Shown here in pieces: positions 1 to 7,188 of a DNA stretch of 24,000 nucleotides (positions are counted from its first letter, which is position 1; the number at the start of each line of letters is the position of its first letter). The translations under genes were made by a program, and so were the position numbers. Below the pieces are notes generated by a model. It searched no databases. It was not told the origin of the DNA and saw only the letters and a list, made by a program, of their open reading frames with translations. The DNA is taken from the NCBI RefSeq assembly GCF_001544375.1, contig NZ_BCQJ01000001.1, positions 208,275 through 232,274 of the forward strand, written 5' to 3'. The stretch comes from Enterococcus canis NBRC 100695. GTDB taxonomy: Bacteria; Bacillota; Bacilli; Lactobacillales; Enterococcaceae.

Positions 1-1
1 T

Positions 2-592
2 ATCGACAGCTATGCACCCGACCTGTTCGAAAAATGGCAGATTGGGAATCGTGATCAAGACAACGGGATTTTGATTCTCTATGCACTAAATGATGGTGAT
101 CGTAACGTCCGTATTGAAGTAGGCTATGGCCTTGAGGATACGATTACTGACAGTATTGCTGGAAATTTGCTACAACAGGCTAAGGACGACTTAAAATCGA
201 CGGATGCCGCGCGTATCAATCAAGGACTACGCTATGTGTTCAATGGCGTCACGACCTTGATCGATCAACGCTATGATTTTCCTGCCGATCAAAATGCGCT
301 AGACCAAGAACAAATTGATCAACTCACAGAGGATTCTGATTCTGATGATGGTGGCGATTTTGGTGGTTTACTTATTGTCTTTTTAGTAGTAGGACTTTTC
401 GTCCTTTCCAGCTTGACCGGAGGCGGTCGTGGCGGTCCACGTGGTGGTGGTCGCGGCGGCTTTGGCGGCCCATTCTATTGGGGTGGTGGCGGCAGCTCTG
501 GTGGCTTCGGTGGAGGCGGCGGCTTTGGCGGCGGCGGTGGTGGTTTCTCCGGAGGCGGTGGATCTTCCGGCGGCGGCGGCGCTAGTATATAA
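2..592 (+). CDS. TPM-domain (YgcG-like) membrane protein, 5'-partial, with Gly/Arg-rich C-terminal tail
   Basis: The frame is open from the window edge (IDSYAPDLFEKWQIGNRDQDNGILILYALNDGDRNVRIEVGYGLED, a TPM/YgcG-type motif). A TM helix (LLIVFLVVGLFVLSSL) is followed by a GGGRGG/GGFGG tail. The TTG at 71 in the ORF track is internal. A perfect 13-bp hairpin terminator follows. Confidence 0.8.
   Translation: MDSYAPDLFEKWQIGNRDQDNGILILYALNDGDRNVRIEVGYGLEDTITDSIAGNLLQQAKDDLKSTDAARINQGLRYVFNGVTTLIDQRYDFPADQNALDQEQIDQLTEDSDSDDGGDFGGLLIVFLVVGLFVLSSLTGGGRGGPRGGGRGGFGGPFYWGGGGSSGGFGGGGGFGGGGGGFSGGGGSSGGGGASI
418..583 (+). repeat. GGN-rich low-complexity coding repeat (poly-Gly/RGG tail of the TPM protein)
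   Basis: Runs of ggc/ggt/gga codons. The local GC spike creates artefactual ORFs in other frames (383..649 -, 429..692 +). Confidence 0.85.
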
Positions 593-603
593 TGATAAGT
601 CGT

Positions 604-643
604 TAAGAGAGCTTAGGTATTTTCCTAAGCTCTCTTTTATTTT
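604..643 (+). terminator. Rho-independent terminator of the TPM gene
   Basis: AAGAGAGCTTAGG (605-617) pairs perfectly with CCTAAGCTCTCTT (624-636) around a 6-nt loop, followed by TTATTTT. Confidence 0.85.
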
Positions 644-836
644 CCCCAATCTTTATTTTTTATTTATTATGTTCTCCTCACTTTTCTCTTAGCAATCGTT
701 ACAAAAGGAAATTAATAAACATTCATTTTTATCAGTTGATTTGCAGTCAATTTTCGTTATATATGAGAAAACAATTGTTTTTCCGTAAAAAAATAAACGA
801 TAAAATGAATAAACACTGAAAGATAGACACTTACCC

Positions 837-865
837 TTGCATTTTTTCAATTTCAGGAATAAACT
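837..865 (+). promoter_or_regulatory. Putative sigma-A promoter of dtpT (TTGCAT-17-TAAACT)
   Basis: TTGCAT at 837-842 and TAAACT at 860-865 are separated by 17 nt. This is the only reasonably spaced -35/-10 pair upstream of the gene. Confidence 0.4.
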
Positions 866-875
866 ATCCATTATG

Positions 876-890
876 AATTTTCTGAAATTT
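876..890. promoter_or_regulatory. CodY box (AATTTTCTGAAATTT)
   Basis: Matches 14 of 15 positions of the CodY consensus AATTTTCWGAAAATT. It contains the palindrome CTGAAA-TT-TTTCAG and lies between the putative -10 and the dtpT RBS. Confidence 0.55.
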
Positions 891-918
891 TTCAGTATTA
901 GTTGAGGGAGTGTTGCAA

Positions 919-2379
919 ATGCAACGTGAAAAAACTTTTTTAGGGCAGCCCAAAGGACTATCTACTCTGTTCTTTACCGAAATGTGGGAACGATTTAGTT
1001 ACTATGGGATGCGGGCAATTTTACTTTATTATATGTACGATGCCGTTACAAACGGTGGTCTAGGTTTAGATAAACCCACCGCAGTTGCCATTATGTCTAT
1101 TTACGGCTCACTTGTTTTTATGTCTAGTATTGTCGGCGGCTGGATTTCTGACCGCCTGTTAGGTTCAAGAAAAACAGTGTTCTACGGCGGCGTCCTGATT
1201 ATGTTCGGTCATATCGTTTTGGCTACACCATTTGGCCTTGGGGCGTTGTTTCTATCTATGGTATTGATCGTTATCGGAACAGGTATGTTGAAATCAAACG
1301 TTTCTGGGATGGTGGGGCACTTATATGCGCCTGACGACCTAAGAAGAGACGCCGGTTTCTCTATCTTCTACATGGGAATCAACATTGGTGCCTTGCTGGC
1401 GCCACTTATCGTTGGCCCACTAGGTCAAGAAGTTAATTATCACCTAGGCTTCTCTATTGCAGCCTTTGGGATGTTCTTCGGCTTGCTGCAATACTATATT
1501 GAAGGCAAGAAAAATTTAAAAGGTGTCGGTGAAGTTGTCACCAATCCTCTTGTTGGTGAGGAACGTACAAAATTTTTCCGTCGTTTTGTCATTGCGCTAG
1601 TTATAGTAGCAGTTATTTTTGGAACAGCCGCTGTAACAGGCCATATGTCTGTTGATTTCTTTATCAACTTTATTAGTGTGCTAGGTATCTTACTACCTGT
1701 TTACTACTTTACTGCTATGCTGCGGTCAAAAGATGTGACTGGTGAAGAAAAGAAAAAAGTCTTAGCTTATATTCCACTATTTCTATCTGCTATTGTTTTC
1801 TGGTCACTAGAGGAACAAGGTTCTTCGATTCTGGCGTTATTTGCTGATGAACGTACCCAGCGGACACTTTTTGGCATTAATATTCCTGCCAGCTTGTATC
1901 AAACATTAAATCCTGTATTTGTCGTAATTTTGACTCCGGTTTTCGTTTGGTTATGGGCAAAATTAGGTAAAAAACAACCTCGAACTGAAGTGAAATTCTC
2001 GATTGGACTAGTCCTTGCCGGTCTTTCCTTTGTGCTTTTGATGTTCCCAAGTTTACTTTGGGGCACCGATAAGCCCGTTTCTCCTTTATGGTTGGTCTTT
2101 AGCTTCTTGATTATGATTGCTGGTGAAATGTGCCTTTCCCCCGTTGGTTTATCTGTTACAACGAAACTAGCTCCTAAAGCATTTGAAGCACAAACTTTGG
2201 CAATCTGGCTATTAGCGGATGCTTCTTCTCAAGCGATCAATGCACAAATCGCGCGCTTCTATACGCCAAGTACAGAAGGTGCTTACTATGGTATCGTGGG
2301 AACCGTCGCAGTTGTAGCCGGTATACTACTATACTTAGGTCGTAAGCCAATTCGAAAACTCATTGGTGATATTCATTAA
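919..2379 (+). CDS. dtpT: Proton-dependent di-/tripeptide permease (POT/PTR2 family)
   Basis: Carries the PTR2 signature FFTEMWERFSYYGMRAILLYYM and multiple TM segments. I chose the ATG at 919 (GAGGGAG SD at 904-910, 8-nt spacing) over the GTG at 910 used in the ORF track. Confidence 0.93.
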   Translation: MQREKTFLGQPKGLSTLFFTEMWERFSYYGMRAILLYYMYDAVTNGGLGLDKPTAVAIMSIYGSLVFMSSIVGGWISDRLLGSRKTVFYGGVLIMFGHIVLATPFGLGALFLSMVLIVIGTGMLKSNVSGMVGHLYAPDDLRRDAGFSIFYMGINIGALLAPLIVGPLGQEVNYHLGFSIAAFGMFFGLLQYYIEGKKNLKGVGEVVTNPLVGEERTKFFRRFVIALVIVAVIFGTAAVTGHMSVDFFINFISVLGILLPVYYFTAMLRSKDVTGEEKKKVLAYIPLFLSAIVFWSLEEQGSSILALFADERTQRTLFGINIPASLYQTLNPVFVVILTPVFVWLWAKLGKKQPRTEVKFSIGLVLAGLSFVLLMFPSLLWGTDKPVSPLWLVFSFLIMIAGEMCLSPVGLSVTTKLAPKAFEAQTLAIWLLADASSQAINAQIARFYTPSTEGAYYGIVGTVAVVAGILLYLGRKPIRKLIGDIH

Positions 2380-2389
2380 AATATCTTCA

Positions 2390-2426
2390 AAAAAGTCGTC
2401 GAGAATCAAAACTCGACGACTTTTTT
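2390..2426 (+). terminator. Rho-independent terminator of dtpT
   Basis: GTCGTCGAG (2395-2403) pairs with CTCGACGAC (2412-2420), followed by T6. An upstream A-tract allows function in both directions. Confidence 0.85.
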
Positions 2427-2430
2427 GTTA

Positions 2431-2484
2431 TAAAAATACCGACCCTTGAAAGTCAGATTTTTGGTCTAACTTTGGGAGTCGGTA
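2431..2484 (-). terminator. Rho-independent terminator of tkt
   Basis: On the - strand, TACCGAC...AAAGT pairs imperfectly with ...GGGTCGGTA in a long stem followed by TTTTTA. It lies immediately after the tkt stop codon. Confidence 0.6.
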
Positions 2485-2507
2485 CAAATTTCAAGAGAGT
2501 TTTTCGA

Positions 2508-4505
2508 TTATGCTAATGTGTTGAAGACATTCACAACATTTTCAGTTGTAAAGCCAAATTCAGCTAATACTTTATCGCCAGGTGCAGAAGCGCCAAAGTG
2601 ATCAATGGTGATCGTTGTTCCTTTGTCTCCTACATATTTCGCCCAGCCGAAGCTTGAAGCCGCTTCGATACCAACACGTTTTGTTACAGCTGTTGGCAGA
2701 ACGCTTTCTTTGTATTCGGCACTTTGTGCATCAAATAGGTCAAAGCTTGGTAATGAAACGACGGAAACGTCCTTACCTTGTTCCGCTAACGCTTTTTGCG
2801 CTTCTACCGCTAAACCTACTTCCGAACCAGTCGCAATCAAAATACCTTCAGGTGTATCTCCCTTAGCTGGTGAGATGACATAACCACCTTTGGCAACATT
2901 TTCAGTTGCGTGCTCTTTAGTTCCTTCGATAACCGGTAGATTTTGACGACTTAAAACTAAAACAGTTGGTTTATCTGTTGACTCAATTGCTAGTTTCCAA
3001 GCAGCTACCACTTCATTCCCGTCAGCTGGACGGATTACTCGCACATTAGGCATGCAACGAACGCTTGCCAATTGTTCAATTGGTTCGTGAGTTGGACCAT
3101 CTTCCCCAACAGCAACAGAATCATGTGTCAACACAAAGGTAACAGGTGCTTTCTGGATAGCAGACAGACGTAACGCTGGACGCAAGTAGTCAGTGAAGAC
3201 GAAGAAAGTTCCGCCGTATACGCGGGTACCACCATGAATTTCAATCCCATTCATAGCAGCGGCCATAGCAAATTCACGTACACCAAACCAAATATTGCGG
3301 CCTTCGTATTGACCAGGTTCAAAGTCTTTTTCTACGGCTACCATTGTATTGTTAGAAGCAGATAAGTCAGCAGAACCACCCCAGAACTCTGGTAAAGCTT
3401 TGGATAGTGCTTGAATAGTATCTTTACTTGTAACACGGCTTGCTGCACTTGACCCTACTTCATAAGTAGGTAATTCAGCGTCCCAGTTTTCAGGCAATTC
3501 ATTATTAAAGGCCCGCACAAATTGAGCAGCTAATTCAGGATATGCGTTACGGTAATTTGCAAACATATCGTTCCAAGCTTTTTCAGCTTTTTCACCGTCT
3601 TCGATCATACGCTCATGGAAACGTTGTGCCACTTCTTCTGGCACGGTAAACTCAGGGTAATCCCAACCATAAACTTCTTTGGCTACTTTGATTCCTTCAG
3701 CTCCTAGAGGTGCCCCGTGGACTTTGCTGGTACCTTCATTTGGTGCACCAAAGCCAATCACTGTTTTCACTTCAATCAAAGTTGGTTTATCCGTTTCAGC
3801 TTGTGCCGCTTCAATTGCTTTTGCAATAGCTTCAACATCATTGCCATCTTTTACTAAGATATGTTGCCAACCGTATGCTTCAAAACGAGCCCCAACATTT
3901 TCGGTAAAAGCTTTTGAAGTTGGTCCATCTAAGGAAATGTCGTTTGAATCGTATAAAACGATTAGTTTTCCTAATTTCATGTGACCAGCCATCGAACTTG
4001 CTTCTTGCGAAACGCCTTCCATTAAGTCGCCGTCGCCGCAAATTGCGTAAGTATAATGGTCAACTACATTGAAGTTTTCTTTATTATAAGTAGCAGCTAA
4101 ATGAGTTTCAGCCATTGCCATCCCCACTGCCATAGCAACACCTTGACCAAGTGGTCCAGTTGTTACTTCAACACCATCGGTATGATGAACTTCTGGATGT
4201 CCAGGTGTTTTACTACCCCATTGACGGAATTGTTTCAAATCATCGATTGTTACTTGGTAACCAGATAGATGTAATAAGCTATACAGTAATGCAGAACCGT
4301 GGCCGGCGGATAATACGAAACGGTCGCGGTCAGCCCATTTAGTAGATGTTTTAGGGTTTACTTTCAAATATTTCGTCCAAAGAGCGTATGCCATTGGTGC
4401 CGCTCCCATTGGTAACCCTGGGTGACCAGAATTTGCTTTTTGAATCATGTCCATGCTTAGTGTGCGAATGGTATTCACACCTAGTTGATCGATCGTATCG
4501 AACAA
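2508..4505 (-). CDS. tkt: Transketolase
   Basis: A 665-aa protein with the N-terminal motif [30 protein letters not shown] and the ThDP motif GDGDLMEG. It starts at TTG, with a GGAGG SD 9 nt upstream. Confidence 0.97.
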   Translation of the reverse strand: MFDTIDQLGVNTIRTLSMDMIQKANSGHPGLPMGAAPMAYALWTKYLKVNPKTSTKWADRDRFVLSAGHGSALLYSLLHLSGYQVTIDDLKQFRQWGSKTPGHPEVHHTDGVEVTTGPLGQGVAMAVGMAMAETHLAATYNKENFNVVDHYTYAICGDGDLMEGVSQEASSMAGHMKLGKLIVLYDSNDISLDGPTSKAFTENVGARFEAYGWQHILVKDGNDVEAIAKAIEAAQAETDKPTLIEVKTVIGFGAPNEGTSKVHGAPLGAEGIKVAKEVYGWDYPEFTVPEEVAQRFHERMIEDGEKAEKAWNDMFANYRNAYPELAAQFVRAFNNELPENWDAELPTYEVGSSAASRVTSKDTIQALSKALPEFWGGSADLSASNNTMVAVEKDFEPGQYEGRNIWFGVREFAMAAAMNGIEIHGGTRVYGGTFFVFTDYLRPALRLSAIQKAPVTFVLTHDSVAVGEDGPTHEPIEQLASVRCMPNVRVIRPADGNEVVAAWKLAIESTDKPTVLVLSRQNLPVIEGTKEHATENVAKGGYVISPAKGDTPEGILIATGSEVGLAVEAQKALAEQGKDVSVVSLPSFDLFDAQSAEYKESVLPTAVTKRVGIEAASSFGWAKYVGDKGTTITIDHFGASAPGDKVLAEFGFTTENVVNVFNTLA

Positions 4506-4592
4506 GTGAATCAGCCTCCTAATTTAGGTTTTTTTTACCTTAATTCATTTTAGCTCGTTTAATTCAAAATTGCAACGCTTTCTTGCAATTAA

Positions 4593-4835
4593 TTACTTCC
4601 GGTCATGAATTCCTTTTTCTTTTTGGATCTTTTTCAATTTTTCCGGCGTGACATCATTTCCATCAGGATCGACTACTTTCATAGACTCAATATGGTGACG
4701 CATTCCTTGCCGGAAAGTCGCCAAATATTCTTCTCGTAGGTTTTTTTGCTCTCTTTTTTCCTGTTCAGAAAGACCTTCTGCCTTCGCTTTTTTCGCTAAT
4801 TCATTGATCCGTTTCATTTTTTCTTCAGATAACAC
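4593..4835 (-). CDS. DUF896 / UPF0291 family protein (B. subtilis YnzC-like)
   Basis: An 80-aa protein. MLSEEKMKRINELAKKAKAEGLSEQEKREQKNLREEYL...DPDGNDVTPEKLKK resembles B. subtilis YnzC (comparison from memory, not an alignment I could run). It starts at GTG with a GGGGGTGA SD. It is divergent from lexA and upstream of tkt, as in Bacillus. Confidence 0.85.
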   Translation of the reverse strand: MLSEEKMKRINELAKKAKAEGLSEQEKREQKNLREEYLATFRQGMRHHIESMKVVDPDGNDVTPEKLKKIQKEKGIHDRK

Positions 4836-4900
4836 TTCGTCACCCCCAGTTTCTCCTTTATCTTAGCGGAACTTCTCGGAAAAAACAACCTCACAAAATA

Positions 4901-4914
4901 CGAACAAACGTTTG
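4901..4914. promoter_or_regulatory. LexA operator (Cheo box) CGAACAAACGTTTG
   Basis: One mismatch to the Gram-positive consensus CGAAC-N4-GTTCG. It lies in the divergent lexA/DUF896 intergenic region and overlaps the -35 of the putative lexA promoter. Confidence 0.7.
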
Positions 4915-4940
4915 ATAGATAACTAGTAATGTGCTACACT
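4912..4940 (+). promoter_or_regulatory. Putative lexA promoter (TTGATA-17-TGcTACACT)
   Basis: TTGATA at 4912-4917, a 17-nt spacer, then an extended -10 TG-n-TACACT at 4932-4940. Confidence 0.45.
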
Positions 4941-4971
4941 ATAAAAAAAGATAGGAAAGAAGGTGTTCCTC

Positions 4972-5595
4972 GTGTCTAAAAAATCAGATGACCGGAGACT
5001 CGAGATTTTAAAATATATCCATGAGCAAGTAGAAGCCAGAGGATTTCCTCCGACTGTACGTGAAATTGGAACGGCGGTGAACCTTTCCTCAACCTCTACG
5101 GTCCATGGTCATCTCTCGAAATTAGAGACTGAAGGATTGATCACCCGCGATTCCACTAAACCACGCGCCTTAGAATTAACCAATGAAGGACGAAAAAAAA
5201 TTGGGATTCAGCCCTCTGCTATTCCAGTACTTGGAACAGTCACAGCCGGTGAACCAATTCTAGCCGTAGAAGAAGCTTCAGACTTTTTCCCAGTACCACC
5301 AAGTCTGAAATTTGAAGAAAATAGTCTGTTTATGTTAACCATTCGTGGTGAAAGTATGATTAACGCTGGCATCCTTGATGGTGACCAGGTCATTGTTCGC
5401 AAACAGGCGGCTGCTTCAAACGGTGAAATCGTCATTGCCATGACGGATGAGGACGAAGCTACCTGTAAACGATTCTTCAAAGAAAAAGATCATATTCGCC
5501 TTCAGCCCGAAAATGACACAATGGATCCCATCATTCTTGCCAATGTAGCTATTTTAGGAAAAGTTGTTGGTTTGTATCGCAATCATATCAGCTAG
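4972..5595 (+). CDS. lexA: LexA repressor (SOS regulator, S24 self-cleaving peptidase)
   Basis: Contains a winged-HTH N-terminus ([25 protein letters not shown]), an Ala-Gly cleavage site (VTAGEP), the catalytic Ser ([10 protein letters not shown]) and Lys (VIVRKQ). I chose the GTG at 4972, giving MSKKSDD, with AGAAGGTG SD 6 nt upstream. The ORF track starts at 4963. Confidence 0.95.
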   Translation: MSKKSDDRRLEILKYIHEQVEARGFPPTVREIGTAVNLSSTSTVHGHLSKLETEGLITRDSTKPRALELTNEGRKKIGIQPSAIPVLGTVTAGEPILAVEEASDFFPVPPSLKFEENSLFMLTIRGESMINAGILDGDQVIVRKQAAASNGEIVIAMTDEDEATCKRFFKEKDHIRLQPENDTMDPIILANVAILGKVVGLYRNHIS

Positions 5596-5621
5596 CTCAA
5601 ACAATTGTTTGAGCTTTTTAT
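5594..5621 (+). terminator. Rho-independent terminator of lexA
   Basis: The palindrome AGCTCAAACAATTGTTTGAGCT is followed by TTTTA. Confidence 0.75.
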
Positions 5622-5683
5622 TCGCCTTTTTTCGTCACTTTACAAGCTGAAAAAATATATACGCAAAAATTTTCAAATTTCAC

Positions 5684-5712
5684 TTTACAAACCGAACGTA
5701 TATTCGTATAAT
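5684..5712 (+). promoter_or_regulatory. Near-consensus sigma-A promoter (TTTACA-17-TATAAT) of the small membrane-protein gene
   Basis: TTTACA at 5684-5689 and TATAAT at 5707-5712 are separated by exactly 17 nt. The spacer is occupied by a LexA box. Confidence 0.65.
5693..5706. promoter_or_regulatory. LexA operator (Cheo box) CGAACGTATATTCG
   Basis: One mismatch to CGAAC-N4-GTTCG. It sits in the promoter spacer and abuts the -10. Confidence 0.75.
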
Positions 5713-5719
5713 ATAAATA

Positions 5720-5733
5720 CAAACACATGTTCG
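5720..5733. promoter_or_regulatory. Second LexA operator CAAACACATGTTCG
   Basis: One mismatch to the consensus, with a perfect right half-site. It is positioned at the predicted transcription start, 8 nt after the -10. Confidence 0.55.
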
Positions 5734-5756
5734 ATAAATTAACTGAGGTGAGATAA

Positions 5757-5957
5757 ATGAAAAGCATTCGTCGCGCTGGAGCGCTCTTTGTTGTTTTGTT
5801 CATTGGTATTTTTTTAGGCACTTTAGGTTGGCAGACTGCCTTGTTGTTGATTGCACCACTGTTGCTAATTTGGATGTTCTTATGGGATGAGCGCCGCTAT
5901 GACTACACAAAAGTAAAAAGAGAACAAAATGATTATCGTTACCACGATGTGGGATAA
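5757..5957 (+). CDS. 66-aa small membrane protein of unknown function, putatively LexA-regulated
   Basis: A GAGGTG SD lies 6 nt before the ATG. The protein has a basic N-terminus (MKSIRR), about 37 hydrophobic residues (1-2 TM segments) and a charged Tyr-rich tail (DERRYDYTKVKREQNDYRYHDVG). The gene is flanked by terminators on both sides and has its own promoter. Confidence 0.6.
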   Translation: MKSIRRAGALFVVLFIGIFLGTLGWQTALLLIAPLLLIWMFLWDERRYDYTKVKREQNDYRYHDVG

Positions 5958-5961
5958 CGGT

Positions 5962-6011
5962 AAAAAAAGTCATTCATATTGTCTGAAAAGATGATATGAA
6001 TGACTTTTTTC
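5962..6011. terminator. Bidirectional terminator (small ORF on +, PTS/peptidase operon on -)
   Basis: AGTCATTCATAT (5968-5979) pairs perfectly with ATATGAATGACT (5994-6005). The stem is flanked by A7 upstream and T6 downstream. Confidence 0.85.
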
Positions 6012-6012
6012 T

Positions 6013-7188
6013 TTACAAGCTACTAGCTACCCGTAACAGTTTCGCTGTACCTGCTTTAATTTTGCTTAAAGGAGCGCCTAAGTTCAGCCGTAAAAATCCT
6101 TGCCCAGCCTCACCATAGGTATCCCCTCGCATAATAGCAACTTTTTCTTCGTGAATAAGTTTGTTTTGCAGGACATCCATAGTACTTGGCAGCTGGGAGA
6201 CATCAATCCAAGCTAAGTAAGTGGCTTCTGGGATTGTAAATTGGATACGTGGATCCTTTTGCAACTCAGTCTTTAAATAGCTAAAGTTGTCATCGACGGT
6301 TTGATTCAGTTCGGCTACCCATTGGCTCTGATTTCGATAGCAATCCATTGTTGCAAGTAAACTTAAATAAGGAACCGAGGAAAGTCCATCACGTCCTTTT
6401 AACACCTCTAAAAATTGTTGGCGTAATGCTTCAGCTTCTACGATTAGATAAGAACCGCCCAAGCCGGGGGTATTGAAGGTTTTCGACGGTGACGAAAGTA
6501 GGACTAGGTCTGTCTCACAATAATCTTTGTATTTTAGAATAGGTAAATGCATAAATCCTGGTCTACGAACATCCATATGAATCTCATCACTAATAAGCGC
6601 GACTTTGTACTCGTTACAAAGGGCAATCAACTTTAACAATTCTTGTTCGGTAAAAACACGGCCGGTAGGATTATGGGGATTGCAGAGCAAGAAAATACGA
6701 GGTGCTTGCAGTTGAAAAACCTGAGCCAACCGCTCAAAATCGATTGTGAAGTTTCCGGCCTCATTTGTTAAATCAAAAGTAATCAATTCACGCTGATTTT
6801 GTTTGATGCAGTGGAAAAAAGCATCATAACAAGGTGTAAAGGTCACTACTTTATCCTGCGGTTGGCTCAGTAATTGTAAACAGACGGATAGACTATAAAT
6901 GACACTAGGGCTATAAAGAACGGCCTCTTCTGGTACCGCCGTCATAAATTGACTTTGGAACCAATGAGTAATACTACTTTTAAACGGCATATGATTCCAG
7001 CGTGTATAACCAAAATATCCCTTATCAACTGCCTCTTTCAAGACTTGCGCTGTACCAGCGGGTATGGGGAAATCCATATCTGAAATGGAAAATGGCAATA
7101 AATCTTTTTCTCCAAAACGATCTTGCACAAAATCCCACTGGGTCGAAAACGTACCTAAACGGGAAGAGACTTCATTAAAATTTGCCAA
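6013..7188 (-). CDS. PLP-dependent C-S lyase / cystathionine beta-lyase, PatB/MalY family (class I/II aminotransferase fold)
   Basis: The N-terminus (M)ANFNEVSSRLGTFSTQWD resembles the PatB N-terminus as I recall it. The PLP-lysine motif is SSPSKTFN and NPHNPTG is present. I prefer the TTG at 7188 (GAAGGTGA SD, 5-nt spacing). The ORF-track GTG at 7197 has only 3-nt spacing. The gene overlaps the 3' end of the M42 gene. Confidence 0.85.
   Translation of the reverse strand: MANFNEVSSRLGTFSTQWDFVQDRFGEKDLLPFSISDMDFPIPAGTAQVLKEAVDKGYFGYTRWNHMPFKSSITHWFQSQFMTAVPEEAVLYSPSVIYSLSVCLQLLSQPQDKVVTFTPCYDAFFHCIKQNQRELITFDLTNEAGNFTIDFERLAQVFQLQAPRIFLLCNPHNPTGRVFTEQELLKLIALCNEYKVALISDEIHMDVRRPGFMHLPILKYKDYCETDLVLLSSPSKTFNTPGLGGSYLIVEAEALRQQFLEVLKGRDGLSSVPYLSLLATMDCYRNQSQWVAELNQTVDDNFSYLKTELQKDPRIQFTIPEATYLAWIDVSQLPSTMDVLQNKLIHEEKVAIMRGDTYGEAGQGFLRLNLGAPLSKIKAGTAKLLRVASSL

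Noticed and set aside
383-692. ORFs 383..649 (-) and 429..692 (+), with Ala/Thr/Val-rich translations
   Set aside because: These are alternative-frame and antisense readings of the GGN repeat that encodes the Gly-rich tail. They have no RBS and low-complexity products, and they run through the terminator hairpin.
689-871. 60-aa ORF on the - strand upstream of dtpT
   Set aside because: It lies in the AT-rich promoter region, has no Shine-Dalgarno and gives an implausible Cys/Phe/Lys-rich product. It overlaps the putative dtpT promoter.
2605-4342. Four + strand ORFs inside tkt (2605..2883, 2615..2866, 3679..3984, 4151..4342)
   Set aside because: They are antisense to a very well supported transketolase gene and have no RBS or recognisable motifs. 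They are typical shadow ORFs.
5618-5821. 67-aa ORF on the - strand overlapping the LexA-box promoter and the start of the small membrane-protein gene
   Set aside because: It has no RBS and would have to be transcribed through two terminators. The + strand ORF has a complete promoter, SD and terminator set, whereas this one has none.
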